Shown: positions 27,153 through 41,700, counted from the whole stretch's first letter. The stretch: DNA of 63,724 nucleotides, filler included, from Bigelowiella natans CCMP2755 (GCA_000320545.1; 9 parts of 9 records of this genome joined end to end with filler, not necessarily neighbours in it); one strand, 5' to 3'. Notes: generated by a model from the sequence alone, not told the origin. Numbers and translations: made by a program.

Positions 27153-28158
27153 TCGGTGCTCTAGGGAATGTGGTTTGGGTCAACAAGAGCCTCTCTCAAC
27201 AGCGATAGGAAGAGAGCTAGCTGGAGCAGGCTTCGATATCTTCTCGTCACTTCAGAGCAGGATTGTGTCGAGAGTAAGAAGGAGGACGCCGGACTCTTGC
27301 TCACCCTGGCTGCTGTCCTAGCCGAAGATTCAAGTACTGTCAGGGGGAGGAGCACGATGAATGCACGGATACCTCGAGATACGTATTTTTTGGGGTGATT
27401 TCAGGATTTTCTCGATCGGGGAAAAGTCTAAAATAATGTAGATCTACACCGTTCAATAAATATTATAAACTCGGAGTTTTTCTGCTACGAAGCTAAAAAG
27501 TACGACGACGATTAGAGAACGAACTAATAACACTAGGTGAATTTACCTAATTACGACAACCCCATGCCGCAGAAATAAATTCTATTTTTTGTGCGGGGCG
27601 TTCGTGTTGCGTTTAAGCGTGAAGACGCGCTAGCATGCAAAAATGCCCTTGTTTCGACTCAACGCGAGTGAAACGCGGGAAAGAACGCCACGCACGCTTT
27701 TACCAAAACTGAACATTTCTCTTTATTGATCCACGGATCTTGCAAGCTCCAATTGCATCAAACTCCTACTCCTCATCAAATCCTACCCTGCCAGCGTATC
27801 GACGGGAGCTTTAGATTTGGTACGCGATGCTCCTGTGCAATTCCCTCCTCTTGCCTCTTTCGTTAAGTGCCATGCCAGGAAAAGGCTCATCGATTGCAAA
27901 ACTGATAAGCTATCTTCCTTATTGTCTAACCTTTCAATTTATCTCCCGACACGAACACCTAATCTTTCAAAACCCTTTGAAAGATAAGACTTTTTGGCTC
28001 GCCTGTTTGCTCCAATACTTGAACTTTTAAAATCGCGTGATTGTCGAATAGACACTTCAAGATGCATATGTATAAAAAGGAAAAAGACTCCTAGGTCTAT
28101 ATCTGTGTTCCATCCTTACATGTTGCGATATTATGGATAATTCTGCAGGCCTGCGACC

Positions 28159-28526
28159 ATGGCATCTAAAAAAAAATGGAAAGCAATGGGGGACTATTGG
28201 TTAGGGCATACACTCGGAGAGGGTGTGATTGGGAAGGTATTCTTTTGCGTTTCACTAAATAGTTCGGCCTCGAATGTGCAAGATAATGTAGGAAGCAATT
28301 CATTTTAAACGATGATATTAGGTAAAACTGGCGACACATGTGAAAACTTACAAACAAGTAAGAACTACCCTAACTTGGTTTCAGAATACGGAAAATCTTT
28401 TACAAATTATTTATTGACATTATCTCCACTTAAGGTGGCTATCAAATTCATCTCGCGAAAGCGACTGCAAACGCGAAGGCAAACGGAAAACCTCCATCGT
28501 GAAATTAACATCACAATGTAAAGTTC

Positions 28527-28572
<46 letters not shown>

Positions 28573-28889
28573 TCACGTTTAAGTTGTACCTACTACAAAA
28601 GAGATAGATATAGTGTGAAGAGATGCATATTAGGATCTGGTGAGATATATACATATTAAACTTTATGTGGTGTGTGTGTGTGTGCGCGCGCGCTCTTGCT
28701 GAACTGAGAGGCCTACCCTATCTTTATCTCTTCTTCTTCTTCTTCTTCTTCTTCTTCTTGTTCTTCTTCTTGTTCAGGTCCATCTCGCATCCTAATATCA
28801 TCAAAGTTCACGACATCATTGATACAAACCCCCACTATATTGGTAAGTCTGATGATGATCCCTCCTCCCGACTCTCTGTCTGTCTTTTG

Positions 28890-28979
<90 letters not shown>

Positions 28980-29785
28980 AGAAACAGATGGTGAAGATGG
29001 GTAGGGGTAAACGTGCATTCCTTTCCTATTTCTTGCACCATCCTCCTTTTCTTTGAGTGAACATAAAACACACTTGAGCTCATTCTGACAAGTCATAGAG
29101 CAGCTGCAACAGCAGCAGCACTCTTTATTCTCCGTAATAAGATGAATAGCGAAGTATCTTAAAAGCCGTGAATCATATTTTCAACAACTAGGAATCGTCA
29201 TGGAATATGTTCCAGGGGGGGAGCTTTTCCAGTAATATTAATGATATCATCCGCATACTTCTACCATTTTGAGACATACAATGCTTGCCTTTTTTTTGGA
29301 CATTCTGAGAAGCTTTCTCCTCTAAATTTGAAAAACCACCACCTCCATCATCATCATCATCATCATCGCTCACTTTGTTGATAGACTCCTGGAGCGGTTG
29401 TCAGTTTTCAGTGAAATGGAAGCGTTCTTGCTATTCCATCAGCTGTGCGGTGCTCTCTCATACCTGTGAGTAGTAGTCTAGAAAAAGAGAGAAGGAAGAT
29501 AATTCTTTTTGCATGCGGAGAGGATGTTCGGTGTGGCTGAGTAGATGCTGCAAAAATGTATGTGCATATATGTATGTATGTATGTATGAATGTATGAATG
29601 GTTCTTTGTATATATCGAGTCTAGTTGTGACGGATAATGGTGATACTGATGGATCAGGCACAAAAAGGGAATAGCGCATCGAGATCTGAAACTAGAGAAC
29701 ATAATGCTGGTAAAACATTATACACCAGCCATGGCCATTAAAAAGGGAGGCTGCGATTATTACACACACACACACATATGTTTAC

Positions 29786-29823
<38 letters not shown>

Positions 29824-30007
29824 CATAATCAGGATAAGAAGCACAATGTACGGCTGATCGATTTCGGGCTATCGAAATACGGGGATGCCGCAAAAAAAAT
29901 GTAATTATAATGCTGGTGGCTCGTTTTGCGTGCGAATAGAGATGTAAATTAATACGTACATCCATTATTATTTTACCAAAACATATAAATAAATATAATG
30001 TGTATAA

Positions 30008-30048
<41 letters not shown>

Positions 30049-30335
30049 CATATATGTGTAAAATATGATGTCATTTGCGCGTGTTGTTCGTTGTAAAGCG
30101 TACGTATTCATCCTTACCATCACCATCATCATTAATCGGCACCGGCATCATCTTTATGAATCAATGGATCAACATCTCATCATTAGGCGTACCCTTTGCG
30201 GCACGAAATATTACTTAGCTCCCGAGATAGTCAGGGGAGAGGTGATCATGATCATGATGATTCACCTCTAACACCGACCACACTAATGTCTGCCTGTTCT
30301 TGGATTATTACACCTCATTCGTTTGCTGCCATGGC

Positions 30336-30383
<48 letters not shown>

Positions 30384-31034
30384 ACCTGACGATATGTTTC
30401 GCCACACAGTCCTACAGCTATCCCTGTGATATCTGGTCTGTCGGAGTCATTCTATTTACCATGTGCTGCGGGTACGGAGAAGGAGAGAGAAAGAGAGAGA
30501 GAGAGAGAGAGATGCTTCATTTTGAAGGAGTGTTTCAGCTCTTCCGGGACGCGACTCATGGTGCTTAATATTGACGTCATGTTGAACTACCATTCAGATT
30601 CCTCCCTTTCGATCATGGTAACGAAGTTCTTCTTATGAAGACCATTAGGTAAACATCATTGTCAGCTTGAAAAATAAGACGGGGAGGGGTCGGGCGGGGG
30701 ATACCTGAAAATATATACCTGTTGCGAGAGCAGTGTACTTGAAATGTATCAAGAGACAGTTGAAAATAAGTTTTTTCGATTTTTTCTTTTCCTTTTCAGT
30801 CTAGGGTTGTTGAAGATGCCGTCTTTTCTGTCGCTGGATCTCCAAGACCTTATCCGAAAGATTCTGAATCCTGTAAGAAGAATAATGAGGAGGAGGAGGA
30901 GGAGGGGGAGCGGGAGGGCAGGGTGGAGGACGAGGACGACATATAGCTAATATGTAATACTAATACATATGTCTTTCATTTTGGCTACTTCTTCATAAAG
31001 TTATATCTTTGTTGAATAATCAGAAAGTCATATG

Positions 31035-31068
<34 letters not shown>

Positions 31069-31337
31069 CATACATAAATATATTTTAAAATATATATACA
31101 TTAACTGCTTTCTGCATGCATGTGGCATGTATTAAAGCAATGGTTGAGGTTTAAGCAACGGGCATCATATCATCATTGTGATATGTTATTTTCACCGCAC
31201 GCAGAGTCAGTTACAGCGCATGAAGATAGAAACGATCATGCAACATCCGTGGATCCACAGGATAGAAGGGGATTTGCAAAATAACAGTCAGTTGTTGTCG
31301 TTGTTGTTTGTTGTTGTTCAAGTGCAAGTGCAAGTGC

Positions 31338-31370
<33 letters not shown>

Positions 31371-31793
31371 TCTTCGAGTGAATGTGCGTGCGTGTGAATA
31401 TTTTAGACACGTGTAAGTTTTCTAGTTGTTTCTGCTGCTGCTGCTGCTACTACTACTAATGAACCTTGACAGACTTCTACCCCCCCCTCCCTTCTGACAC
31501 CCACACACCACCAGACTGCGTTTTTGTTTGATTTCTTCGTTTTTCGCAGAGGGCAAGGGCGGCCGGGCACCCCCGATTCGCTTCCAGATCGAACAGGCTT
31601 TAGACAACAATAGAGCGTTCCAGAGGGACGCGACGGAGAGCGCACATAGCATCACGCTTTCGACCTGCATCAAGGTAACTAGTGGAACATCAGCGGCGGC
31701 GCGTTGTGTTGGTTTGTCGCCAAGTCACACTGAAAACACACGTGCGTCTCCTCCTGTTCTGAATGACATCGACGTGACGTATGGTTGTGGGTA

Positions 31794-31826
<33 letters not shown>

Positions 31827-32132
31827 TCCTTCCTCCACAGGCGCGATATAACATAAAGACCGATGGGCGCGTCCATTCTAGGCACGCACACACACCTCAA
31901 CCGATGATTATTATGATAATGATTCGAGAGAGCGAACACAACGACCCCCCCCCCTCCTCCTGATTGATCTCATTCGTTGTTGTTATTTTCACTTCTTTCG
32001 TTCTTTCGTTCTTTAGGGTTCAGACACCAACAGTTTCCATGGACTCAAAGAACGATAGTAGCAGCAGCCCTCGAATGAAACCAGGCCAGCTCACGGGCAA
32101 TGCACAAATGTCGATGGTATATCAGCAAGAAT

Positions 32133-32178
<46 letters not shown>

Positions 32179-33621
32179 TATATGTCTTTTGTCTTATGTC
32201 TAGATATATATCGATAAATATATCAATAATATGTACTTAATATATAATATAGATGTGTGCGTGCGTGTGTGTGCGTGCGTGTGTGTGTGTGTGTGTGTGT
32301 ATAAAACATCGATTGCCACAACACTCCAACAGCAACACTAACTAATTGTGCCTACTGCTATCGTCGTCATTCTTCCCCTCGTCCGTCGTTTGTCGTTGTT
32401 GTTCACCAGCGCTCCCCTCGCTCGACCGCCCCAATGGCGACATCACCGCAATCCAAGAGCGCGGCTAAGACCGTATCAAAAGCCAGCAAGATGGGCAAGT
32501 TCTTACAGATGCTCAAGAAAGGTCCAAAGACGGCACATAACGACGCATCATCATCTTCGGACAGAAGTCCGTCCCCGCAAATCGCCGCGAATACTAACAG
32601 CAGGACCATCGCGACTACTTCGAGAAGCAGCCGTGCGCAACCCGTCACACCTAGTAAATTCAACTTCCACCCAAATCATAGTAGCAGCAGCAGCAACAGC
32701 CCTGCTGTACTACAAGCTACGGTGCGGCAGGGAAGAAGGCGAATGTCAAACTTGAAGGTGAATCACAAGAGAGATTCTTGGTCGCCATCTCAAGCAGGGA
32801 GGGTAACAAATAATAATATCACCAATACTACTACTACCACTACTACTACTACTACTACTTGGGCCAACAACAACAACAACAACAACAACTCTTCGTCTTC
32901 TTCTACTACTACTACGACTCTTACTGGCTGCTACTAAGCTACTGCTTTGCTACTACTGCTGCTGCTATTTCACTGATTGATTGATTGATTCAGGGTCCTC
33001 AGAAGAAGAAGCTGGAGCTAGTGGCAAAGAACAAGTTCCAATATAGCGGAAAGGACCGTCATCTGTTGCTCAATAGCGAGGCTCCCATCTCCCCTCTAGC
33101 GCGTAAGGGAATGCATGTTCCATCCTCCCCCCCACTTGCCTTCGTTGCTAATGCTACGTGCCTGATCATCATGCTCGATGGTACTTACTTCAGGCCGAAG
33201 ACACCTCAAGGTCTCCGACAGTAAGGTGGTATTCATCAGCACCCCCAACACATTTCTCTACTATTACTACACCTACTACTACTACTACTACTACTACTAC
33301 TCCTACTACTACAAAATGATTTCCTATCATCCCTCCCTCCCTTTCCCTCCCCTCCCTACACAACGATCGATCGATCGGCGATGACGACGACGACGACGAC
33401 GGGGTCAAGATGATGTTTCTGTTTTTTTATTTTATTATATTTTGTTTTGCTTTTAATCTTTTCCAGAAAGCAAGCAAAGTACAATTCGAAGATTCCGCAC
33501 GCGTTTCCCCTGCCCTCAAAATCAACGTCTCTAGAGGTGTTGTTGTTGTTGCAGCATAGGCCGTCCGAATAACGAACGCGTCATTTACATCGTATACACA
33601 CACACACAAACATACATATGT

Positions 33622-33697
<76 letters not shown>

Positions 33698-34394
33698 ATC
33701 AAAACAAAACCATCACCATCTGTAACTACTTATTCTCTGCTTACCAAGTGCATTTGGAACGGAATGTATCTTCGTATTAAGCAGCTCGGACAAACGCTGT
33801 TCAATAAGCACATCGCCGCAGCAGCAGCACAGCACCATATCTGAGAGGAATGAGACAAACACAGTTGTTGTTGTTGTTGTTGTTGTCGTTGTCGTCGTCG
33901 TCGTCGTCGCAGATGCTGAGGATAAGCTTCGACGTATTACTGTCGCAGGAGGAAGGGCTTCCTTTGTTCGGGTGGGGCTATTGTTTCGCAAGAGAAGAGA
34001 GTGAGAGAGAGAGCGGATCGATCATTTCATCGTCTTGACTTATTCAATATATCCGTTGTTTCAGGATGAGAAGGAGACTCCCGTCCGCTGTGAGTCTCCA
34101 TCCGTTAAAATGATGAGACGCCTGGTAATAATGTGTGATTTCAGATCGATCATCCTAGTGACATAATTCACTCTCATTTTTTTAACTGCTTTATAATGTT
34201 GTTGCGTGCATCATAATTTCAGCATATCGGCACCGAAAAACCATCGCCCAGCAGCAACAGCAGCAGCCGCCGCCAAAGACCATTAACGCCGAGGTAAGCG
34301 CATGGGTATTCCCAATAAATTGATCGAAACAAAATGTTGAAACAATGGTGTTGCCGCAGCTCTCTCAGATGAGGAACTAGAGGAAGACGACTAA
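28159..34394 (+). CDS. Ser/Thr protein kinase, CAMK group (SNF1/AMPK-related-like), more than 20 exons, low-complexity C-terminal tail
   Basis: Exons give YWLGHTLGEGVIGK|VKLATH..|VAIKFI..LHREINIT|HPNIIKVHDII|GIVMEYVPGGELF|..|HKKGIAHRDLKLENIML|..IDFGLSK|TLCGTKYYLAPEIV|CDIWSVGVILFTMCCG|FLPFD..|..QRMKIETIMQHPW. All catalytic motifs are intact. Confidence 0.95.
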
Positions 34395-35555
34395 TTGCTG
34401 ACGACAACACATCGGAAAGATCGCTGTTAATCGTTGAAAACATCTAGATATCGAAAGTCCCCATGAATGTAATAAACATCGCACAACGCATTCGTTTTGT
34501 GGCACCCACTGTGACCTTCGATCATGATCGTAGATTCGTAGATTATGCATGTATTTCGCAATCTAAAACTCAAAAATAAAAGGCTGATATACCGCAGAAC
34601 AGTCAGCAGCTCCTGCTCTGCTGCTGGGCATGCTAGCATGCGATCTGCCACGTGCTGATCAAACGGACATGCACGCGTGCACAAAACTACGACACGATGC
34701 AATCTGAGCATTCACGATTCGTTATGCGGCGAATTCGCCGCGTGTCCAGGCCTTGTTAGCTTGGAGGTGCACGCGCTCTACGATGCGCTGCACCCGCACT
34801 ACATTAGTAGTATGCATGTGCTTTGCGCTGTACATGCAAATGCACGCGCGAGATGTACGTAATAACAGATGGCTAGATGGATTGCTAGATTGGATGTGTA
34901 CAATGAAAGCAAAAATCATTATTGCACACAGCATGGATTAGTCACGTATGCAATGCTACAATGTGCGGCGGCTACAAAGCTAGCTAGCTAGACAGCGCTA
35001 GAGCTGTGTGGCTGTCTAGCTGTGTTAATTATTTTCTGCGATGCCGTGACTTCGATCATGTTATTTGCGAATGCGTTCAGCGTTATATATATGTCTGTTG
35101 ATCCGTCCGCGACGTGCCGCAAGCGCAAGCCAACGCGTTTGCATGTGTTCCTTGCTAGCTTGCTAGCTTGGTCAGTTTCTCGGCGCGGTGTCATCGTTCC
35201 TGTCAAAATAACTGTCGTCAATTGTTCGCTGCGTAAATTTGGACTGGCACATGCTAGCATCGCATGCAGCAGATATACATATGATCCATGTCTTTCACAA
35301 TTTGGCACTTGGTGATGTGGCATCAGTTTCTTGCATCTGCACATGTATATAAATATAGATATGACCCTTGTTACTTGTTACCCACAACCGTGATTTGTTA
35401 CGTACAGATTTTTTTTAATTTTTAGTGCATCATTTGTCATATCATTGCTTACACATATAACATGCTTTCTGTGACACTACTGACAACAACGTGGCTTCAG
35501 GAGACTTAGAAATACACATTAACCAGAAATAAGGCCCCTGGTAACGTATTGGCAT

Positions 35556-38217
35556 TTAAAGGGACGTTCCTTGGGGAGTAGACCCATGAGATCTCTTCTT
35601 TCCAATTTCTGCTACAGAACTGCTACCAAGGCCTTTGAATTCATTAGTACTCACGACAGAAGTGGACGACAATGATGCTGATTTCTCTGCTGCTGGAAAT
35701 TTGTTTTGCTCAGTGCGAGCTGTCTTTCCGCTTCTCCGATTTCGTTGTTTTTTTTCCCCCTCTTTGCTGGTCTGCCTTACTTGGCTTGGAGGGTTCGTTG
35801 TTCCCTTTGTCGTCGCTGTCGTTTCGGGTTCCTGCAGATCGTTCTCTCCGTAACACGTCCGAAGCAACCCCCCCCCCCCCAAGCATTGGAACCTATTTTT
35901 CCAAAACAAAAACATGCAAATTCAAAGGTGAACGAATAAACCCTGTTTCGATCAGCAGAAGTAGCACCACCTTTCCATCTGCGATAGGAAGTCTTTCAGC
36001 CCTTCTTGGGATGCCTGCAGTTGCACATTAAAAAAACATCATACAATCGATTGTTCGTAAGAAAAGCATACAGCCGACGACACAAGCGAAGTGCCCGTAT
36101 GTCTGCTCTGCAACTCGTAGCTGCTGTGACGGACTTGCATTAAGTAGTATTCTTTCGAGGTGTCGGCTGGAATGTGCCAAGGCTGCTATTAGTTATTTTG
36201 GCGGCATTAAGTAATACCTCCATCGTCTTTCTCACCGCTGATACACCCACAGTAACTCTGTGATAGGTAATAAAAGACACAGAAGAAGGAGGAGGCTGAG
36301 ATGTGAATCATGACGACTCAAGCCCTAGGGCCACGCGTCACTATGCAAAAGTTCAATGTGGCGAAAGCATATAGCTGCTCTTTCGTTCCGAGGGTGGGTT
36401 GGATAGGGAATCCCTACCCTTCTGAGACTCCTCGCCCGGCATAACAAAAGGCTTGCTTCACCGATTTCGTCACGGGATGACTTGCAACTTTCTCCGCGGA
36501 ATCCAGTACTGTACCGAAGGGCGGGATAATGTTGTGATTAGTCAACGCCAACTAATAGAAACACCGATACTTCCACCGTCGAGATCGCTATTATTGTTGA
36601 CTGTTAGTATTGCTATCATTATTACTCTTGTCCAGTGTTCTTGCCCCTCTGTTTACCCATTTCGGTATACCACGCCCCCCCGTTAGCCTCTGGCATAGAT
36701 CGTTCGAAAAATCGTTGCAATTGTTCCTTAAGGGAGATGGGGATTGGGAAGAGGTGTGAGAATTTAGAAAGTTGCCAGAGTCATATTGTACACCAATGAA
36801 GACTACAGTAATTTTTATATCGTTTCAGGTCTCACATATCTTTGCGATTAAAAAATTCTTCTTCCAATCTCAAACACACCTACAACCAACACTTACTTTA
36901 ACATGTTGTAGGCAGAACCCTGATAACGGTCAGATTGAGCCATTTTCTCGATGAGGTCTTTCACCTGCATATAGCGGTGTTGCGAAAAGTAGCTGAGGTA
37001 AGGTGCATATCATGGTGAAGGGTAGTCGATGATGATGAGAAGTATTCTTTCTTATAACGAGAGAATCTCTTCTTGTTTGGGAACGTGGTGATATTCTGTT
37101 CTCCTGTCATCGTTTTAGAGGCAATTGCATGGTTGGAATGGCTCATTTAGAGTCTATTTCCTATCATCTGCTCAGAATCTTGTTTCTAGTTTAATCTACC
37201 AGTTTTGGCGAGAGCTTAGTGGATCCAATCTCGACTGACATTCGGAACTTATACTGCATTGGGCAGCATCGTCTTGGACGGCATGCCTGTTAGTAGCGTA
37301 GTAGGCAACGTACGATATGACAGTTAATAGATTAGGAAATCCTGAAAGGCACCGCATCAATATTGCGCTGGATTTCATAGTAAAAACTATAACATCAACA
37401 ATGTGCATCGATATACTACTTTTCTCTGCTGTCAAAAGGTCATCGATATCATCATCAACACCATCATCATCGAGACCTGTATAGCGCGGATATGGTCGGC
37501 TGAGCTCCCGAATGACCACTCCCTACCATGGACCTGTCACGAAAGTTATAATTCATCGTCAGGAGTCAGTTGAGCATGATTTGTGGCGATGAGACAAACA
37601 TCAACCTGCACTCCTGAATGGAACGCACCAGTGCCGACCATCAACGCCCAATCGTTCACATTTGTTACGTGCCTAGACGTTAAAATTGCAATGGGTTATT
37701 TGAGAATACTATCTCCGTTGAGGAGTGCATTACTTTTTCTTGTCGTCCTCTGGATTGAGATCGTACACGTTGAGGACTACCGTCTGTTGGCACAAGAAAC
37801 ATAACTCAAACCATGACGCGTTTGTCAAAACACATCCTCAAACGTTCATACACAGGTGGAAACCTTCGAGGGCTTGCTCGCGTTAGGGCCATCCTCCCAA
37901 CTATCAATTCCTTCGTCAGCATTCAAAGACGGAGATGAAGGACTATCTAACTCAAAATCATCAGGAGCTTTAAGCCCTGAGTATGAAGGCGAGGGACAGG
38001 GGGGGAGAGGCGTAGATCCTCCTCTCTTGGAAAAATTTGTTCTCGAGGTTCTAAATGGGCCCTTGGTGTGAAATCTATCGGCGCTAACGGCTGCTGAGGG
38101 GCCGTTAATGCCACGCTCTACAACATTGAAAGGAGCTCTGTTGTCTCTTTTCCCCTCCTTCCTTCTACTGCTGGATTTCTCACGAATTTCACTACTGCCT
38201 TCCCAATCTGAACTCAT
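35556..38217 (-). CDS. DeSI/PPPDE-family cysteine isopeptidase (deSUMOylase/deubiquitinase-like) with N- and C-terminal extensions
   Basis: Exons TVVLNVYDL; VGTGAFHSGVQ|VHGREWSFG; YKFRMSVEIGSTKLS; VKDLIEKMAQSDRYQGSAYNML; NNCNDFSNDLCQRLTGGRGIPKWVNR. These supply the His (FHSG) and Cys (NCN) catalytic dyad of the family. Confidence 0.92.
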
Positions 38218-38696
38218 AGCGAATCTTTCGTGTGTGTGTGTGTGTGTGTTCACACGAAGGAAAGAAAGGCTGTAGTGTGCAGTCGTGGCTCCCTCCTTCC
38301 TAGGATCCTCCTCGCTTCTGTTCGTTCTTCTTCCAGGGGCGGGGCGGGGCGTTGAGAGGTCAAGGAAGGAAAGGAGGAGGAAGACAAGAAGAAGAATTTG
38401 AAACAAAAAAGAGTTCCAATCCAAACAGTGAAAACCTCGGTAAAATAAAGACTTGTGGGCACAACGAAAGCAACACAATTCCCAATAATTATCCGGGAAA
38501 CGTCTTAACGTCTAACGGCGACGTAAGAACAACCGCAAAAAACACGAGAGAAGGAGGGCGAACGAGGACGACAGCAAGAGAACTCGTTCACTGGCACGTA
38601 CAGAGCATATTTGTGTGCTGCGACTTGTAAAAAACAAGTCGCAGCATAAAAACAGCTTCCGTACTTAGTCGCGTCCGTCGCAAAACACGTGTACCA

Positions 38697-39718
38697 ATGG
38701 TGATCAGAGCGGCGATGAATGCGGCAGCGTCGCCGTTTCGGTGCGCAATTGGGAAGGCGAATCAACGAGAAGCCATATGGCTATCAAGGTCTGGGCTAAG
38801 GCAGTCATTGACTTCGGCTACCAACACCTGGATCCCTGCTGCCCTCGCCCAACGGCGACCTTGTCCACACCTTGCATCACCGTACTCTCTTCGTTTTCGA
38901 GGACTCCCTTGCTTTCAAATAAATGCAATGCCCCGACCCCTTTGTACACAATCGTCATCACAATCCGCCAAGGATACAGGAACAGCAGCAGCACGCGAAG
39001 TTAAGATAGAAACACGCAAGACTCGGGACGAATCAGATACCAAAGACAATAATGCGGAGACGGAGGGGGGGAAATCTCATCTAAGGCAGCTGTGGGATAA
39101 ATACGGATGGACAGGTAGTAGCAACTTCCCGTGACAGAAGGGATAAATCCATGCTGCACTCCTGGATTTTTGTTTTAAAAAATGTACAACCGAGAATTGC
39201 CTTCGAATTAATTTTCTTGAAACTCCAATTTGTCACAACGAAGGTTATGCAGAGATGCCTCTTTTCTGCCACAATTCACGTTTAATCGAAACTATTCTTC
39301 TTTGGTTTTCGAATGGGACACTGTAGAGAATCGATGTATGATTTCTTGTGATCAGGAATTGGGACGTACGTAGTGATAGACGTTGTTACTCTTGGCGCGT
39401 TTTACGTTCTTATACGAAATGGAGTGGACGTCAAAGAATTTCTGAATAAGTACTTTTCACGAAGTTAACTTGCAATGGTCCCATGCCCTTAATCCTTTAT
39501 TCTTCTCAAAATCTCTTCACAGATTAGGTATCTTGGAACTCATGGAAAACTTCGGAGTACACCAAGAGGTGCTGGATTCTAAAGCATCCCATTTAATTAC
39601 AGCTTGGGCCTTATACACTTCCGTAGCTCCGATTCGATTTACCCTTACTTTTGCACTTACCCCAGTCATCCAGCGGTATTTTGCCTTCAAGAAGGCAAGA
39701 GCAGCTAGGAAAAATTAG
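38697..39718 (+). CDS. FAM210/DUF1279-family mitochondrial membrane protein, 3 exons
   Basis: Arg-rich presequence, then LRQLWDKYGWTG|IGTYVVIDVVTLGAFYVLIRNGVDV..|..ASHLITAWALYTSVAPIRFTLTFALTPVIQRYF. This is the DUF1279 pattern (K.YG, GVDV, AW......P.R...T...TP). Confidence 0.85.
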
Positions 39719-40822
39719 ATATGATGGGGTGATATTGCAGTAAGAGCTCTGATGCTTATACAGCCTGACCGAGCCACATATTGGTTAGCCGACTAGATAT
39801 GTGCTAGTAACGATTGCTTCTGCAGCATTCGCATATGGACGCTAGCTTTAATGCGCAGCACCTAAATAGTAAGCCTTTAGGCCTGTAAACGGGGAGCCCT
39901 ATCCTATGTCTCTGCAAAATACACATGACTGAATTTCCTCAAGACACACAGGTCCGATCCAGAAGTAATTTGGCAGCCGCGCAATTGCACATGAGATCGA
40001 TACGTTGCAACTTCTGATCGTGCAAGCCACATACAAGCAAATGCTATGTGACACATGCGTTACGATTGATGTCACAATGTGAGGTGATCATGCTAGCATG
40101 CTCTAGTGCTCTAGTGCTTGCTGCTCATCAGCAAGCTCTTGCTACCTTGAGCTATGTATAGTTGTAGACGGATGTATAATGAAAAGTCAATTTTCTTCAA
40201 TTGACATCCTAACATAGCAATGCAAAGCCGTGGCTATATCTATACATGTGTGTGTGTGCGATGCGTGCTCGCTACTGTGCATATCGCATCGATGAGAGGC
40301 GTCCGATCCAGATCGATTCTAAGCACTCTAGCACTTCATAACAAGCAGCAAAGTTGGGCTTTGAAGTGCTAATAATAATGTGCATATGGTAACATAGTAG
40401 TGCGACCCACCTAGCCGCGGCGGACGAAGTGAGTGAAATTACAAATTCTTATTGTACGTACACATGTGGTCGGTTGCAACAGCGGCTCGTGCTCTTGCAT
40501 AATGATTGCATATCCCAATAAGCTCCAATGATGTTTCTTGTTGGACAAAACAATTTAGTGCTATGCGGTTACGCAATAAAAACACACTGCTGTCTGCAAA
40601 AAAGGCGCTTTGCTGATGTATAAGGAGGCGTTGATACATTCCCTGTTTCGACTCAACCTTTTATTCGGTCCCCAGGCAATTGGGATTAGGTTTTCTGCCA
40701 ACAGTAGACAAAATATGCACCGAAATTGTGCATGCAACTGATTCTTCACTACCGTCTCTTGTGGCGCTTGGCAGTAGTCGTCAGCTTGGTTTGATTGTGA
40801 TTCAATTTGCTGAGGCTTGGGT

Positions 40823-41700
40823 CTAGGCTTGGACACTGATTTCGTTTTTTGCGCCGCTTCCCTGATGCAAAGACGCCTGGCGATGGCGTCGTTTCGCTAG
40901 GATTGGATCGGTCTGCAGTAGGGGCAGTGGATGATGATGATGACGATGATGATGATGGATCATGAGGACTGGAAACAAGATGGAGGCTTGAGGATGATGA
41001 TGATGAAATGTTTCTCTTCTTTCGGTGCCAGCAAAAACGACAGAGGCTCGATCCAGTGCGGTTACGAGAATCGCATACGACGCATTTCCAACCTGAGACA
41101 ACAACAACAAGAACAACAAGAACAACAACAACAGCAACGACGACGACGACAACACACAGTACTCAATGCAATTCGCGTGTGACCAACTCTGGAAATTGGA
41201 ACCATAAACAGCATTGAGACTGGAGAATAGGATGAAATCTGATAGTGTACCCGTGGACGGGTTCTCCGATATGATGTCCTTTTGCTCCACAGACAATTTG
41301 CCAGCAGCGCTGATATTGTTCAGGTAAAAATGATATCCATGCTGCGATTTGTATGTCGGCAATTTACTATCGGGAACACGAGAAGTCGGAGCTCGTGCCA
41401 CACACCTAAGAGGAGGGGGGGGGGGGGGGAGGAGGAGGACATTAGGGTTAGGACAAACATAGCAACAACAGGTGTTCCGGGGCCCATTTGTTGAATGAAG
41501 GAATAAATTGCTCTGACAAATACCTCCACTCGGTTAAAGGAGTTGCTTTTCTTCCTCCGCGATGATGATGATGATGATGCGAATTATGATGATGATTATT
41601 ATTAACATCGCCTCCTGTAGCCTTGAGTGACCTTCGTTTTCTCCCTACTATTAGATTTAGGAGGAGACACAACAAAATGCAGCATGTGAATATCGTTACA
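40823..41700 (-). CDS. 3' part of a hypothetical multi-exon gene
   Basis: Exon-like blocks between microsatellite introns (VGNASYAILVTALDRASVVFAGTERRE; TDPILAKRRHRQ...EISVQA*). They do not match the expected ALDH12 C-terminus, so this is treated as a separate gene across the gap. Confidence 0.4.
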
